A DNA stretch of 64,000 nt. It comes from Patescibacteria group bacterium. GTDB lineage: Bacteria > Patescibacteriota > Patescibacteriia > UBA9934. The notes under the pieces were generated by a model that searched no databases, was not told the origin of the DNA, and saw only the letters and a list, made by a program, of their open reading frames with translations. Made by a program: the position numbers and the translations under genes. The stretch is taken from contig JBAZXR010000001.1 in assembly GCA_041659765.1 (NCBI GenBank), positions 44,537 through 108,536 on the forward strand, read 5' to 3'. Shown piece by piece: positions 1 through 8,225 of the stretch (within the stretch, counting starts at the first letter, position 1; every line of letters starts with the position of its first letter).

Positions 1-42
1 GTTTTCACTTTTTAGTGGTTCTGGTATTCTTCGCCGTGAACT

Positions 43-561
43 ATGTCTAATCGTCACCTCGCCAGAACTATGGCGATGCAAGCTCTTTACGAATGGGATT
101 TCCGTGGCCGAGAACTCTCTCGCCTGCCGGAAATTATGAAGTTTGTTAAGGCTGAATTCGCGCCTGATTTTGACGATGGCGGATACGTAGAAAAACAGGT
201 GACGGATATTGTGAAGCGGATGGGGGAAATTGATGACATTTTGAATCGCTTTGCTCCAAACTGGACGGTGGACACCATGACGCTGATTGATAGGAACGTG
301 CTGCGTCTCGGTGTGTATGAATTAAAAATCGACGAGTCTATTCCGTCAAAGGTTGCCATTAACGAAGCTATTGAACTCGGTAAGACCTTTGGCGGAGATG
401 CTTCTGGTAAATTTGTGAACGGCGTGCTCGGTGCGATCTATAAAGATACAGTCGATAGTGGAATCGTGAAGCAGATCGACATTGACATGGAGAAGAAGAA
501 AGCGGCCGAGATGGTAGGGGCGACGCTTGCGACGCCCACAGAAACTGAGGACGCGGAATAA
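43..561 (+). CDS. nusB: Transcription antitermination factor NusB
   Basis: N-terminal RHLARTMAMQALYEWDF, plus DRNVLRLG and VAINEAIELGKTFGG...FVNGVL motifs; acidic C-terminal tail. Confidence 0.95.
   Translation: MSNRHLARTMAMQALYEWDFRGRELSRLPEIMKFVKAEFAPDFDDGGYVEKQVTDIVKRMGEIDDILNRFAPNWTVDTMTLIDRNVLRLGVYELKIDESIPSKVAINEAIELGKTFGGDASGKFVNGVLGAIYKDTVDSGIVKQIDIDMEKKKAAEMVGATLATPTETEDAE
514..539 (+). repeat. Degenerate GTAG-type REP-like palindrome inside the nusB 3' tail
   Basis: GTAGGGGCGACGCTTGCGACGCCCAC has the same GTAG-GGG + GC palindrome layout as 12651-12690, 36544-36570 and 48734-48763, with one stem mismatch. Confidence 0.5.
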
Positions 562-564
562 ATT

Positions 565-1257
565 ATGGAAAAAAACATCCAGGAATTGGCAGACAAGTTG
601 GAAATCCCATTTAAAGCCGACGGTCACCTCGAGCAATCTGTTGTACACCGTTCGTATTTGAACGAGCATCCTGATTTTCCGCTTGATCATAACGAACGAT
701 TGGAGTTTCTCGGAGACGCCGTGCTCGAGCTCGTCGTCACGGAGAACCTCTATATCAACCACCCGAATCCGGAAGGGGATTTGACCACCTGGCGTTCAGC
801 GCTCGTGAATGGGGATTCCTTGGGCGAAATTGCCCAGGCACTGGGTATTGAGCCATATCTATATTTGTCCAAGGGCGAAGAGAAGGACACGAACTCCAAA
901 GCCCGCAAGTATATTTTGGCGAATGCGATCGAGGCAATCATTGGCGCCATTTATTTGGACTTTGGCTGGGAGCTTTCGAAAACGTTCATCACTAAGAACG
1001 TTCTTTCGCATCTGCCTAACATTATTGAAAAGCGTTTGTTTGCGGATCCTAAGAGTGTGTTCCAGGAATCTTCCCAGTCCAAACTTGGCATTACACCAAG
1101 CTATAAAGTTTTGAGTGAAACCGGTCCCGACCACGCAAAAATCTTCGTCGTCGGCGCGTTTCTTGGCAAGGACCTCGTGGCTCAGGCCAACGGATCGAGC
1201 AAACAAGAAGCCCAGGTAGCCGCTGCTCAGGCGGCAATACAGGCAAAAGGGTGGTAG
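565..1257 (+). CDS. rnc: Ribonuclease III
   Basis: HNERLEFLGDAVLEL signature and a C-terminal dsRBD (GPDHAKIF...GSSKQEAQ). Confidence 0.97.
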   Translation: MEKNIQELADKLEIPFKADGHLEQSVVHRSYLNEHPDFPLDHNERLEFLGDAVLELVVTENLYINHPNPEGDLTTWRSALVNGDSLGEIAQALGIEPYLYLSKGEEKDTNSKARKYILANAIEAIIGAIYLDFGWELSKTFITKNVLSHLPNIIEKRLFADPKSVFQESSQSKLGITPSYKVLSETGPDHAKIFVVGAFLGKDLVAQANGSSKQEAQVAAAQAAIQAKGW

Positions 1258-1338
1258 AAACAAAAGAGAGATATCTCGTTAAAATTTGAGTCGGATTACC
1301 TCCTAAAAATTTTACCAAAATATCTCTCTTTTGTTTCT
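1256..1338 (-). repeat. SD-apex long hairpin element, copy 1
   Basis: Perfect 19-bp outer arms 1256-1274/1320-1338, inner arms 1280-1287/1307-1314, core GAGTCGGATTACCTCCTAA at 1288-1306. Confidence 0.9.
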
Positions 1339-1414
1339 GGTGCGGTGTGAGGGATTCGAACCCCCGACCCTCTGCTTCGAAGGCAGATGCTCTATCCAGC
1401 TGAGCTAACACCGC
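1338..1414 (-). tRNA. tRNA-Arg(TCG)
   Basis: Cloverleaf: acceptor GCGGTGT/ACACCGC, anticodon arm TCTGC-CTTCGAA-GCAGA, T loop TTCGAAT, encoded CCA. Confidence 0.95.
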
Positions 1415-1425
1415 AGAACCACTGA

Positions 1426-1469
1426 ATACTAGCAAAAATCTTGACCTCAGTCAAAGCATTTGGCATACT
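1426..1469. promoter_or_regulatory. Overlapping divergent sigma70 promoters for the two tRNAs
   Basis: Plus strand TTGACC(1441)-17-CATACT; minus strand TTGACT(1454)-17-TAGTAT with extended TG. Confidence 0.65.
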
Positions 1470-1481
1470 TTCCACCGTTAC

Positions 1482-1557
1482 GCATCGGTAGCTCAGTTGG
1501 TAGAGCAGTAGACTCTTAATCTATTGGTCGCGGGTTCGAGTCCCGCCCGGTGCACCA
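1482..1557 (+). tRNA. tRNA-Lys(CTT)
   Basis: Acceptor GCATCGG/CCGGTGC, anticodon arm GTAGA-CTCTTAA-TCTAT, T loop TTCGAGT, encoded CCA. Confidence 0.95.
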
Positions 1558-1562
1558 CAAGC

Positions 1563-1591
1563 CGATCCCCGAAAGGGGGTCGTTTTGTTTT
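1563..1591 (+). terminator. Intrinsic terminator after tRNA-Lys
   Basis: CGATCCCC-GAAA-GGGGGTCG followed by a T-tract. Confidence 0.8.
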
Positions 1592-1610
1592 CTGATATAC
1601 TGTACACAAT

Positions 1611-1817
1611 ATGTCTCCACTTCTTTTAGTTGGTATCGTCCTGGCCGGTGTTCCCGCGCTTCTTATTCTGGGATTTGCGTCGTATATCTTTATCGGGTTC
1701 GTGACTGATGATAAAGACGCCAAGTCCATTTTCCAGCTTGCTCTGATTATTATGGGCATCGGCGTCGTGTTGATTATTGCCCACATTGCCGGAACCGTTA
1801 TCCAGGTGACACCGTAG
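1611..1817 (+). CDS. Small two-TM membrane protein
   Basis: 68 aa with two hydrophobic segments; TGnTATACT -10 box just upstream. Confidence 0.65.
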   Translation: MSPLLLVGIVLAGVPALLILGFASYIFIGFVTDDKDAKSIFQLALIIMGIGVVLIIAHIAGTVIQVTP

Positions 1818-1843
1818 GGAAGGGGTGCTACCATCCTTTCACT

Positions 1844-3100
1844 ATGCGCTACTCCCAACTCTTTTCGAAATCTTCTAAGAACCGGCCTGGCGATGCGGAT
1901 TCCGTGAATGCGCGGTATCTGGTGCAGGGCGGATTTGTCCACCAGGAAATGGCCGGTGTTTATTCTTGGCTGCCACTCGGCTTGCGCGTTTTGCGTAACG
2001 TGGAAAAGATCGTACGTGAGGAGATGAACTCACTTGGCGGTCAGGAGATTTTGATGACTGCGCTCCAGCCTAAAGAGAACTGGCAGAAGACTAACCGTTG
2101 GGATTCAGTTGACGTGCTTTTTAAAGTTCCGAGCCAGACTGGTAAGGAATACGGTCTCGGCCCAACTGCTGAGGAGCTCGTCACTCCGCTAGTGCAGGAA
2201 TTCGTTAAGTCCTACAAAGACTTGCCGTTGGCTGTCTATCAAATTCAAACAAAGTTCCGCGATGAGCTCCGCGCCAAGAGCGGCGTGCTTCGTGGTCGAG
2301 AGTTCCTAATGAAGGACATGTACTCGTTCCATACATCCGTCGAGGATTTCGAACGCTTCTACGAACAGGCCAAGCAGGGATACCTGAAGGCCTACTCGCG
2401 AATGGGACTAGACGCGAAAGTTACCGAATCTTCCGGTGGTTCATTCTCGAAGAAAGCCTCTCATGAGTTCCAGGTTGAAACCCCTGCCGGCGAAGATGAT
2501 TTGATTCTCTGTCGCAACTGTTCGTTCGCTCAAAACACGGAGATCGCCACGGTAAAGGCCGGTGACGCCTGCCCAAACTGTAAGGGTGAGCTGGTCGCGA
2601 CAAAGGGGATAGAGGTTGGAAACATTTTTGATTTGTCCGACAGATTCTCTAAAGACTTTAACTTTGTGGTGCAGGGCGAAGACGGAAAGTCTATGCCGAT
2701 TCTCATGGGCTGTTACGGCATTGGCGTGTCTCGACTCGTTGGCGCTATTGTCGAAGCTTCCCATGACGATAAGGGAATTATTTGGCCGAAGGCTGTGGCT
2801 CCATTTGCCGTAAACTTGGTTACGCTAAACGCCAAGAGCGCCGAGGTTCAGAAATCAGTCGATGAGGCTGCTGAGAAGCTGTACGTCGAGCTTTCCGGAA
2901 AGGGGATTGACGTTCTTTGGGATGACCGCGAGGGCGTTGCCCCTGGGGCGAAGTTCGCCGACGCTGATCTTGTGGGTATCCCGGTGCGGGTAGTGATTTC
3001 TGAGAAGTCTCTCGCTGCTGGTGGCGCAGAATGGAAGGAGCGCGCAGGTGGGGAGGCTAAGATTGTGCCTCTGGACGATGTGCTTACAGCCCTTAAGTAA
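1844..3100 (+). CDS. proS: Prolyl-tRNA synthetase (short form without full editing domain, small Cys4 insert)
   Basis: GVYSWLPLG, LGPTAEE, FRDELRAKSGVLRGREFLMKDMYSF, IEVGNIF, MGCYGIGVSR, KFADADLVGIP. Confidence 0.96.
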   Translation: MRYSQLFSKSSKNRPGDADSVNARYLVQGGFVHQEMAGVYSWLPLGLRVLRNVEKIVREEMNSLGGQEILMTALQPKENWQKTNRWDSVDVLFKVPSQTGKEYGLGPTAEELVTPLVQEFVKSYKDLPLAVYQIQTKFRDELRAKSGVLRGREFLMKDMYSFHTSVEDFERFYEQAKQGYLKAYSRMGLDAKVTESSGGSFSKKASHEFQVETPAGEDDLILCRNCSFAQNTEIATVKAGDACPNCKGELVATKGIEVGNIFDLSDRFSKDFNFVVQGEDGKSMPILMGCYGIGVSRLVGAIVEASHDDKGIIWPKAVAPFAVNLVTLNAKSAEVQKSVDEAAEKLYVELSGKGIDVLWDDREGVAPGAKFADADLVGIPVRVVISEKSLAAGGAEWKERAGGEAKIVPLDDVLTALK

Positions 3101-3183
3101 ACGAAATCAAAATACTCCGTTCGGAACTGGAGTCGGATTACCTCCTAACAGTTCCTCGCGGAGTATTTTGTTTTCGTTTACTT
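3095..3183 (-). repeat. SD-apex long hairpin element, copy 2
   Basis: Arms 3095-3119/3159-3183 (one mismatch), inner GGAACTG/CAGTTCC, core GAGTCGGATTACCTCCTAA at 3130-3148. Confidence 0.9.
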
Positions 3184-3218
3184 GTGGTAGAGTATTAATG
3201 TTTACCTTTGGAGGAAAC

Positions 3219-3488
3219 GTGGCAGAGTATCAATTTACCGTTGATCGGACCCTGGAGTTTGGCCGGGGTACAACCCGGCCACCGCCTAGGTTGGCAGCGT
3301 CGTCTGAGTTCATGGCCGCAGTGCATGTTTTGACCTTTCGGGTTACGGCCCTCGGGTGGGAGCACGCTTACATAGAGCGTCTACTGCATCGCCAGGTCTT
3401 TGACCAGCGGGAAGAGCGCGTGGTTGAGGCGTGGAAGAAAGTCCGCGTGGTGGGCGCAAACGTGCTTTCGGAGCAAGCTCCACTGTGA
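3219..3488 (+). CDS. Hypothetical protein (89 aa)
   Basis: GGAGG-AAAC-GTG start inside ORF 3021..3488; ends before a bidirectional terminator. Confidence 0.55.
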   Translation: MAEYQFTVDRTLEFGRGTTRPPPRLAASSEFMAAVHVLTFRVTALGWEHAYIERLLHRQVFDQREERVVEAWKKVRVVGANVLSEQAPL

Positions 3489-3507
3489 ATACCGTTGTCA
3501 GAACGTA

Positions 3508-3541
3508 AAAGTCCCGCACCATTCTACAGGCGCGGGACTTT
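3508..3541. terminator. Bidirectional terminator between convergent genes
   Basis: AAAGTCCCGC...GCGGGACTTT inverted repeat. Confidence 0.7.
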
Positions 3542-3553
3542 CTAAATTTGTTT

Positions 3554-3871
3554 TTAGGAGGCGTTAGCTACTGGTGCCGACTTACTCATGTTGGTCTTCT
3601 TTAAAGCGTCCTTCAGACCCTTACCAGCTTTGAACTTAGGCACGCGGACTTCTGGCACACGGATCTTTTCCGTTGGGTTCCGTGGGTTCACGCCCATGCG
3701 AGCGGAACGTGTGCGAGCAGAGAAGGTACCGAAGCCAGCAATCGTTACTTCATCGCCTGCTACGAGCGCCTGCACAACTAGCTGTTCAAAGTTCTCAATG
3801 AGATCTTCGGCTAGCTTTTTAGGGATATCCAAGCGCTCTGAGAGCTTAAGGGACAGTTCAGCTTTGTTCAT
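3554..3871 (-). CDS. hup: DNA-binding protein HU
   Basis: MNKAEL...VTIAGFGTF...GVNPRNPTEKI...VPKFKAGKGLKDA; promoter TTGACG-17-TAACAT at 3909-3881. Confidence 0.95.
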   Translation of the reverse strand: MNKAELSLKLSERLDIPKKLAEDLIENFEQLVVQALVAGDEVTIAGFGTFSARTRSARMGVNPRNPTEKIRVPEVRVPKFKAGKGLKDALKKTNMSKSAPVANAS

Positions 3872-3912
3872 AATGCGCTTATGTTAGCGGAGTATGAGAA
3901 TGCCGTCAAGTA

Positions 3913-5439
3913 TTACCTAGCAAACTCGATTACCCGAGTCTCGCGGATAACGGTCACTTTGACCTCGCCTGGGTAGGTCAGCTCGCTTTCAATCTTCTTA
4001 GCAATATCGCGAGCCAGCTCATGGGCCTTGAAGTCATCTATCTCGCCCGGCTGAACGAATACACGCACTTCACGGCCCGCCTGAATGGCGTAGGCCTTCT
4101 CAACTCCTGGGAAGCCAGCGGCCGTCATTTCCAGGTTCTGGAGGCGTTGGAGGTACTCTTCTACAGAGTTACGGCGAGCACCCGGGCGAGCGCCTGAGAT
4201 GGCGTCAGCGGCTTTCACAACCACGCCCTCGATGGTTCTTGGTTTGTCCTCATGATGAGCGATTGACTGGTAGCACAGCTCCTCTGGAAAGCCGAACTTT
4301 TTCATGATGTTGTAACCAATCTGTGGATGAGAACCCTGCATGTCATGGTCAACGGCCTTGCCAATATCATGGAATAACCCGCCTTTCTTGAGCGGGAAGG
4401 GATCCATGCCGAGCTCCTCGCCGATCATGCCGGAGATGCGGGCAACCTCGATTGAGTGCTGGAGTACGTTCTGTCCGTAGCTCGTGCGGTACTTGAGGCG
4501 ACCAAGGATAGAGACGAGCTTAGGATCGATCGATGAAACAGGAATGCCGAGCTCGTACAACGCATCTTCACCGGCTTTCTTCATTTCTTTAGCTAGGTCG
4601 TTCTTGGATTCTTTAACGGCATCTTCAATCTTAGCTGGTTGGATTCGACCATCTTTCATTAGGATCTCGAGCGCGCGCTTGGCTACTTGGCGGCGAACGG
4701 GGGAGAAGCCGGAGATGGTGATCATGCCCGGAGTGTCGTCAACGATAAGTTCACAGCCCGTGAGGTGCTCAATTGCTTTAATGTTGCGGCCTTCTTTGCC
4801 GATGATACGACCCTTAAAGTCCTCGGACGGGAGATCGACGAACGTGGTGGCAGAATCTACGACCTGGCTCGACGCAAAACGCTGAATAACAAGAGAGAGC
4901 ACTTTGCGTGCGTGGTTCTCTAGTTCTTCTTCTGTGTGCTGGTCGTACTTGCGGATCAAGCTCATGAGCGCATCCTGCTTGTCTTCTTCAACTCGCTTCA
5001 TGATCACTTCGAGTGCTGCCTCTTTACCCATGCCAGCCACTTCCTCAAGTTTCAATTCGGCAGCTTGGCGAACCTCGTCAATCTTGGCCTTAGCAGCCTC
5101 AAGCTTGCCTTTATAGTCATCAAGCTGGAGCTTGCGAGTCTCAAAATCCAAGAGCGTCTTATCAAAAAGCTGCTCGCGGTCAGCGAGACGGTCATGCATG
5201 GACTTAACGTCACGTTCCTTAACTTGCAACTCCTTTTTGCCCTCCTCAACGTAGGCCAGGGCCTTCTCTTTAGCCTCAATGATGATTCGTTGTTCCTGTT
5301 CTTTAGCCTGTTCTAATACTTTTACAGCACGTGCCTCGGCGGAGTTTGTTTGATTTTTGACAATGTTGGCGCGGATTAAATATCCACCAAGACTACCAAG
5401 GATCAACCCCCCGAGAGCAAGAATAAGGGGGATAAGCAT
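3913..5439 (-). CDS. rny: Ribonuclease Y
   Basis: N-terminal TM, coiled coil, KH domain (KGRIIGKEGRNI), HD domain (RTSYGQNVLQH...HDIGK), C-terminal YPGEVKVTVIRE. Confidence 0.96.
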   Translation of the reverse strand: MLIPLILALGGLILGSLGGYLIRANIVKNQTNSAEARAVKVLEQAKEQEQRIIIEAKEKALAYVEEGKKELQVKERDVKSMHDRLADREQLFDKTLLDFETRKLQLDDYKGKLEAAKAKIDEVRQAAELKLEEVAGMGKEAALEVIMKRVEEDKQDALMSLIRKYDQHTEEELENHARKVLSLVIQRFASSQVVDSATTFVDLPSEDFKGRIIGKEGRNIKAIEHLTGCELIVDDTPGMITISGFSPVRRQVAKRALEILMKDGRIQPAKIEDAVKESKNDLAKEMKKAGEDALYELGIPVSSIDPKLVSILGRLKYRTSYGQNVLQHSIEVARISGMIGEELGMDPFPLKKGGLFHDIGKAVDHDMQGSHPQIGYNIMKKFGFPEELCYQSIAHHEDKPRTIEGVVVKAADAISGARPGARRNSVEEYLQRLQNLEMTAAGFPGVEKAYAIQAGREVRVFVQPGEIDDFKAHELARDIAKKIESELTYPGEVKVTVIRETRVIEFAR

Positions 5440-5468
5440 AATTTAGTTCTACGAGATCGGTCTTACGC

Positions 5469-6134
5469 CTAGGAGGGTAACACGGGAGAGGTCAGCTCGC
5501 CAAGCGTTTTTGCAGAGGTTACTGAAAATTCCCCGATTTTCGTTCGGCGAAGGCTTGAAACATATCCAGTTGTCCCCAGGAGTATCCCCAGGTCTCTCGC
5601 GAGCGCGCGAATGTAGGTGCCAGACGAACAGAAGATGCGAACCTTGATCATGACTGGCCAGGTCGTTAAATTCGGCTCGCCGAGCAACTCGAAGGAGTGA
5701 ACCGTGAGCTGTCGCGGGGCGACTTCGATGGTCTTTCCTTGACGGGCTAGATTATAGAGTTTTTGTCCGCCGACCTTAATGGCCGAGTGCATGGGGGGGA
5801 TTTGTGAGATTTCGCCGGTCAGCTTTTTCATGGCATCGAGGATCATCTGTTGGTCGATAGAGACAGCAGGCGAGGGAATGACGGCCCCTTCTGGGTCGAG
5901 CGTGTCCGTAGTTGCCCCAATTACAAACTCGGCCTCGTATTCCTTATCCATACCAAGATATGTCGAAAGCTGTTTGGTACAGTCCCGGCCCACGCCCACG
6001 ATTAAAAGCCCTGTGGCAAAGGGGTCGAGCGTGCCGGCATGGCCAACAGTCCGTTCGCCAGTGATTTTGCGGACTTTGTCGACGACATCATGAGAGGTGA
6101 TACCGGCGGGTTTATCGATTAGGAGGAAGGGCAT
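5469..6134 (-). CDS. truB: tRNA pseudouridine(55) synthase
   Basis: DKPAGITSHDVV, GHAGTLDPFATGLL, CSSGTYIRALARDLG. Confidence 0.96.
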   Translation of the reverse strand: MPFLLIDKPAGITSHDVVDKVRKITGERTVGHAGTLDPFATGLLIVGVGRDCTKQLSTYLGMDKEYEAEFVIGATTDTLDPEGAVIPSPAVSIDQQMILDAMKKLTGEISQIPPMHSAIKVGGQKLYNLARQGKTIEVAPRQLTVHSFELLGEPNLTTWPVMIKVRIFCSSGTYIRALARDLGILLGTTGYVSSLRRTKIGEFSVTSAKTLGELTSPVLPS

Positions 6135-6158
6135 AGGATACGGTGGATTACGGTATTC

Positions 6159-6182
6159 GACTCTGAGCGCAGGCGAAGAGTC
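6159..6182 (+). repeat. Short hairpin with tandem GA pairs (TGAGCG..GCGAA-type palindromic unit)
   Basis: GACTCT-GA-GC-GCAG-GC-GA-AGAGTC; single copy in the window. Confidence 0.35.
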
Positions 6183-6234
6183 TAGAGGTGGGCTATTGGA
6201 TTCCGAGAGTATGCCAGACTTTCTAGAAATAACG

Positions 6235-6260
6235 AGATCCGCCCCCGGAGGAGCGGATCT
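6235..6260 (-). terminator. Probable terminator after the NUDIX gene
   Basis: AGATCCGC/GCGGATCT stem with a T-rich tail on the minus strand. Confidence 0.5.
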
Positions 6261-6276
6261 TAGACGAGAGCGTTCT

Positions 6277-6744
6277 TTACCGCCATGCCATGTATAGCCG
6301 GGCGATATCGAGCGCGATATTCTGAAATTCTTTGTCCTTCGCCTTTTCCATGTTTACCCATTCAGCAGGCCCTTCTTCAGGGTCTTCCCTGCTGATCTGC
6401 CAATCGCCGTCTACTTCTGCGGTGTAGATCAGCAGATGGACGTGGTAGGCCTTTTGGGTTGGATCGTAGTATGCGAAGTTCTCGAACATCTTCCAGAAGT
6501 TCACATTTTTGAGCTTGAGGCCGGTTTCTTCGAAGACTTCCCGAACCACTGCGTGTCCGGCAGATTCACCGGGTTCGATCCCGCCACCCGGCAAGAACAA
6601 CTTGCCGGTAAGCTTCATACGTATCAATAGAAGCCGATGCCCGCGTCGGACGAGCGCATACGCACTCGGCCGGAACTCCAGCTCATCCACGGGAACCTCG
6701 ATATAGCCACCCAACACACGCACACACTGAACGGTCTTTCCCAC
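6277..6744 (-). CDS. NUDIX hydrolase
   Basis: Nudix box GGGIEPGESAGHAVVREVFEETGL; GGAG SD before GTG. Confidence 0.9.
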   Translation of the reverse strand: MGKTVQCVRVLGGYIEVPVDELEFRPSAYALVRRGHRLLLIRMKLTGKLFLPGGGIEPGESAGHAVVREVFEETGLKLKNVNFWKMFENFAYYDPTQKAYHVHLLIYTAEVDGDWQISREDPEEGPAEWVNMEKAKDKEFQNIALDIARLYMAWR

Positions 6745-6816
6745 GTTTTCTCCAAAACAAGGCCTTTTTTGTACTGCTCTTTTACTGAACGGTCAATTGC
6801 GCTATTAATACCCGGT

Positions 6817-7365
6817 ATGACTTACAAAATAATTGTCTACGGTCTTCCTGGGGCGGGGAAGGATACGCAGTGCGAATTACTCGCCAATATTCTTGGAATT
6901 CCGCACTTTTCTACGGGGCAGATTTTGCGGGATGAGATTGCCAAGGGGAGCGAGCTAGGCCTGCTCGTAAAACCCTATGTCGAGTCTGGAACCATGATCC
7001 CCAAGGGCGTGGCCACTGACATCTACAAAGACAAACTATTGTCCCCAGAAATTCAGAAGAGTGGATATATTGTGAATGGTTACCCCAGATCTGTGGATTC
7101 GTTGAAGACATATCTCGAGTTCGAGAAGCCAACGCATTTTATTCACCTAATTATTCCTGACGAGCTGGCTCGCCAACGTCTATCTGCTCGTGGCCGAGGT
7201 GATGATGTCTCTGAAGTGATCGAAACCCGTCTTCGCCGCTATTACGAAACCGAGAAAGCGGCGGCGGATTATGCTCGAGAGCATTCGACGGTTCAATTTA
7301 TCGAAATCAGCAGCTCAGCCTCCCCGGATGAGGTCACTAAAGTGCTCCTCGAACGTCTTAAATAG
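6817..7365 (+). CDS. Adenylate kinase-family nucleoside monophosphate kinase (short LID)
   Basis: P-loop GLPGAGKDTQ, HFSTGQILR, NGYPRS, RGRGDD; start reassigned to ATG 6817. Confidence 0.85.
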   Translation: MTYKIIVYGLPGAGKDTQCELLANILGIPHFSTGQILRDEIAKGSELGLLVKPYVESGTMIPKGVATDIYKDKLLSPEIQKSGYIVNGYPRSVDSLKTYLEFEKPTHFIHLIIPDELARQRLSARGRGDDVSEVIETRLRRYYETEKAAADYAREHSTVQFIEISSSASPDEVTKVLLERLK

Positions 7366-7367
7366 CT

Positions 7368-8183
7368 ATGCCCGAGCTCCCAGAGGTAGAAACAATCAAG
7401 CGTCAATTGAATGAACGCTTGGCCGGGCGAGTCATTTCGGGCGTAGAAATCTGGAAGACTGGTCGGGAGACTCCAAGCGGGAAAAGATTCGAGAAGAAGG
7501 TGGTAGGTGGTCGGTTGTTGGCCGTTGGAAGAAGAGCAAAACTTTTGATTTTTAAATTTGCTGACGGGACGGCGATAATTGGCCACTTGAAGATGACGGG
7601 TAAGTTTTTGTTTGTTGATAAAAAATATATTAGGCAGAAACACGACCGAATACTTTTTGTATTCGACGGGGGCAAAGAGAGGGTGGTGTGGTCTGATGTG
7701 CGGACTTTTGGGTATCTGAAATATGTGTCGGCGAAGGGCCTTGAAGAGGTGCTGTCGAAGTATGGTCCAGAGCCACTCGAGACACCAGTTAAGGTACTTG
7801 CTGAGTGCTTGAAAACCCCGGCCTCAAGAACCGTCAAAGCTGCGCTGTTAAACCAGGAATGTATTGCTGGCGTGGGCAATATCTACGCGGATGAGGCCTG
7901 TCACCGGACCGGGATTAGACCCACTAGACGGCTTTCGACTTTGACCGAAAAAGATCGAGTAACTTTGATCAAGGAAGTGCAAAAGATTCTGCTCAAGTCG
8001 ATTGAGCTAAACGGGACCACCGCCAACGATTACGCGGATACTAATGGTGCTCAAGGCGGTTTTTCCGCTTTGTTAAAAGTTTATGGTCGCGAGCAAGAGC
8101 CATGTAAGAAATGTAAAACGCCAATTAAGAAAATAGCGCTGGCTGGACGCGGCACGCATTATTGTCCCAGCTGTCAGAAATAA
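7368..8183 (+). CDS. mutM: Formamidopyrimidine-DNA glycosylase
   Basis: MPELPEVET, HLKMTG, GVGNIYADE, C-terminal zinc finger CKKC...CPSCQ. Confidence 0.96.
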   Translation: MPELPEVETIKRQLNERLAGRVISGVEIWKTGRETPSGKRFEKKVVGGRLLAVGRRAKLLIFKFADGTAIIGHLKMTGKFLFVDKKYIRQKHDRILFVFDGGKERVVWSDVRTFGYLKYVSAKGLEEVLSKYGPEPLETPVKVLAECLKTPASRTVKAALLNQECIAGVGNIYADEACHRTGIRPTRRLSTLTEKDRVTLIKEVQKILLKSIELNGTTANDYADTNGAQGGFSALLKVYGREQEPCKKCKTPIKKIALAGRGTHYCPSCQK

Positions 8184-8185
8184 GG

Positions 8186-8225
8186 ACACCGCCCGTCCCG
8201 TGCGCGGGAGGGCGGTGTTTGTTTC
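8186..8225 (+). terminator. Terminator after mutM
   Basis: ACACCGCCC...GGGCGGTGT plus a T-rich tail. Confidence 0.7.

Noticed and set aside
3554-3562. TTAGGAGGC at the end of the HU gene
   Set aside because: Only an 8-nt match, formed by the last codons and stop, with no stem.
5469-5484. CTAGGAGGGTAACAC resembling the hairpin apex
   Set aside because: It is the reverse complement of the truB C-terminal codons, matches only partly and has no flanking inverted arms.
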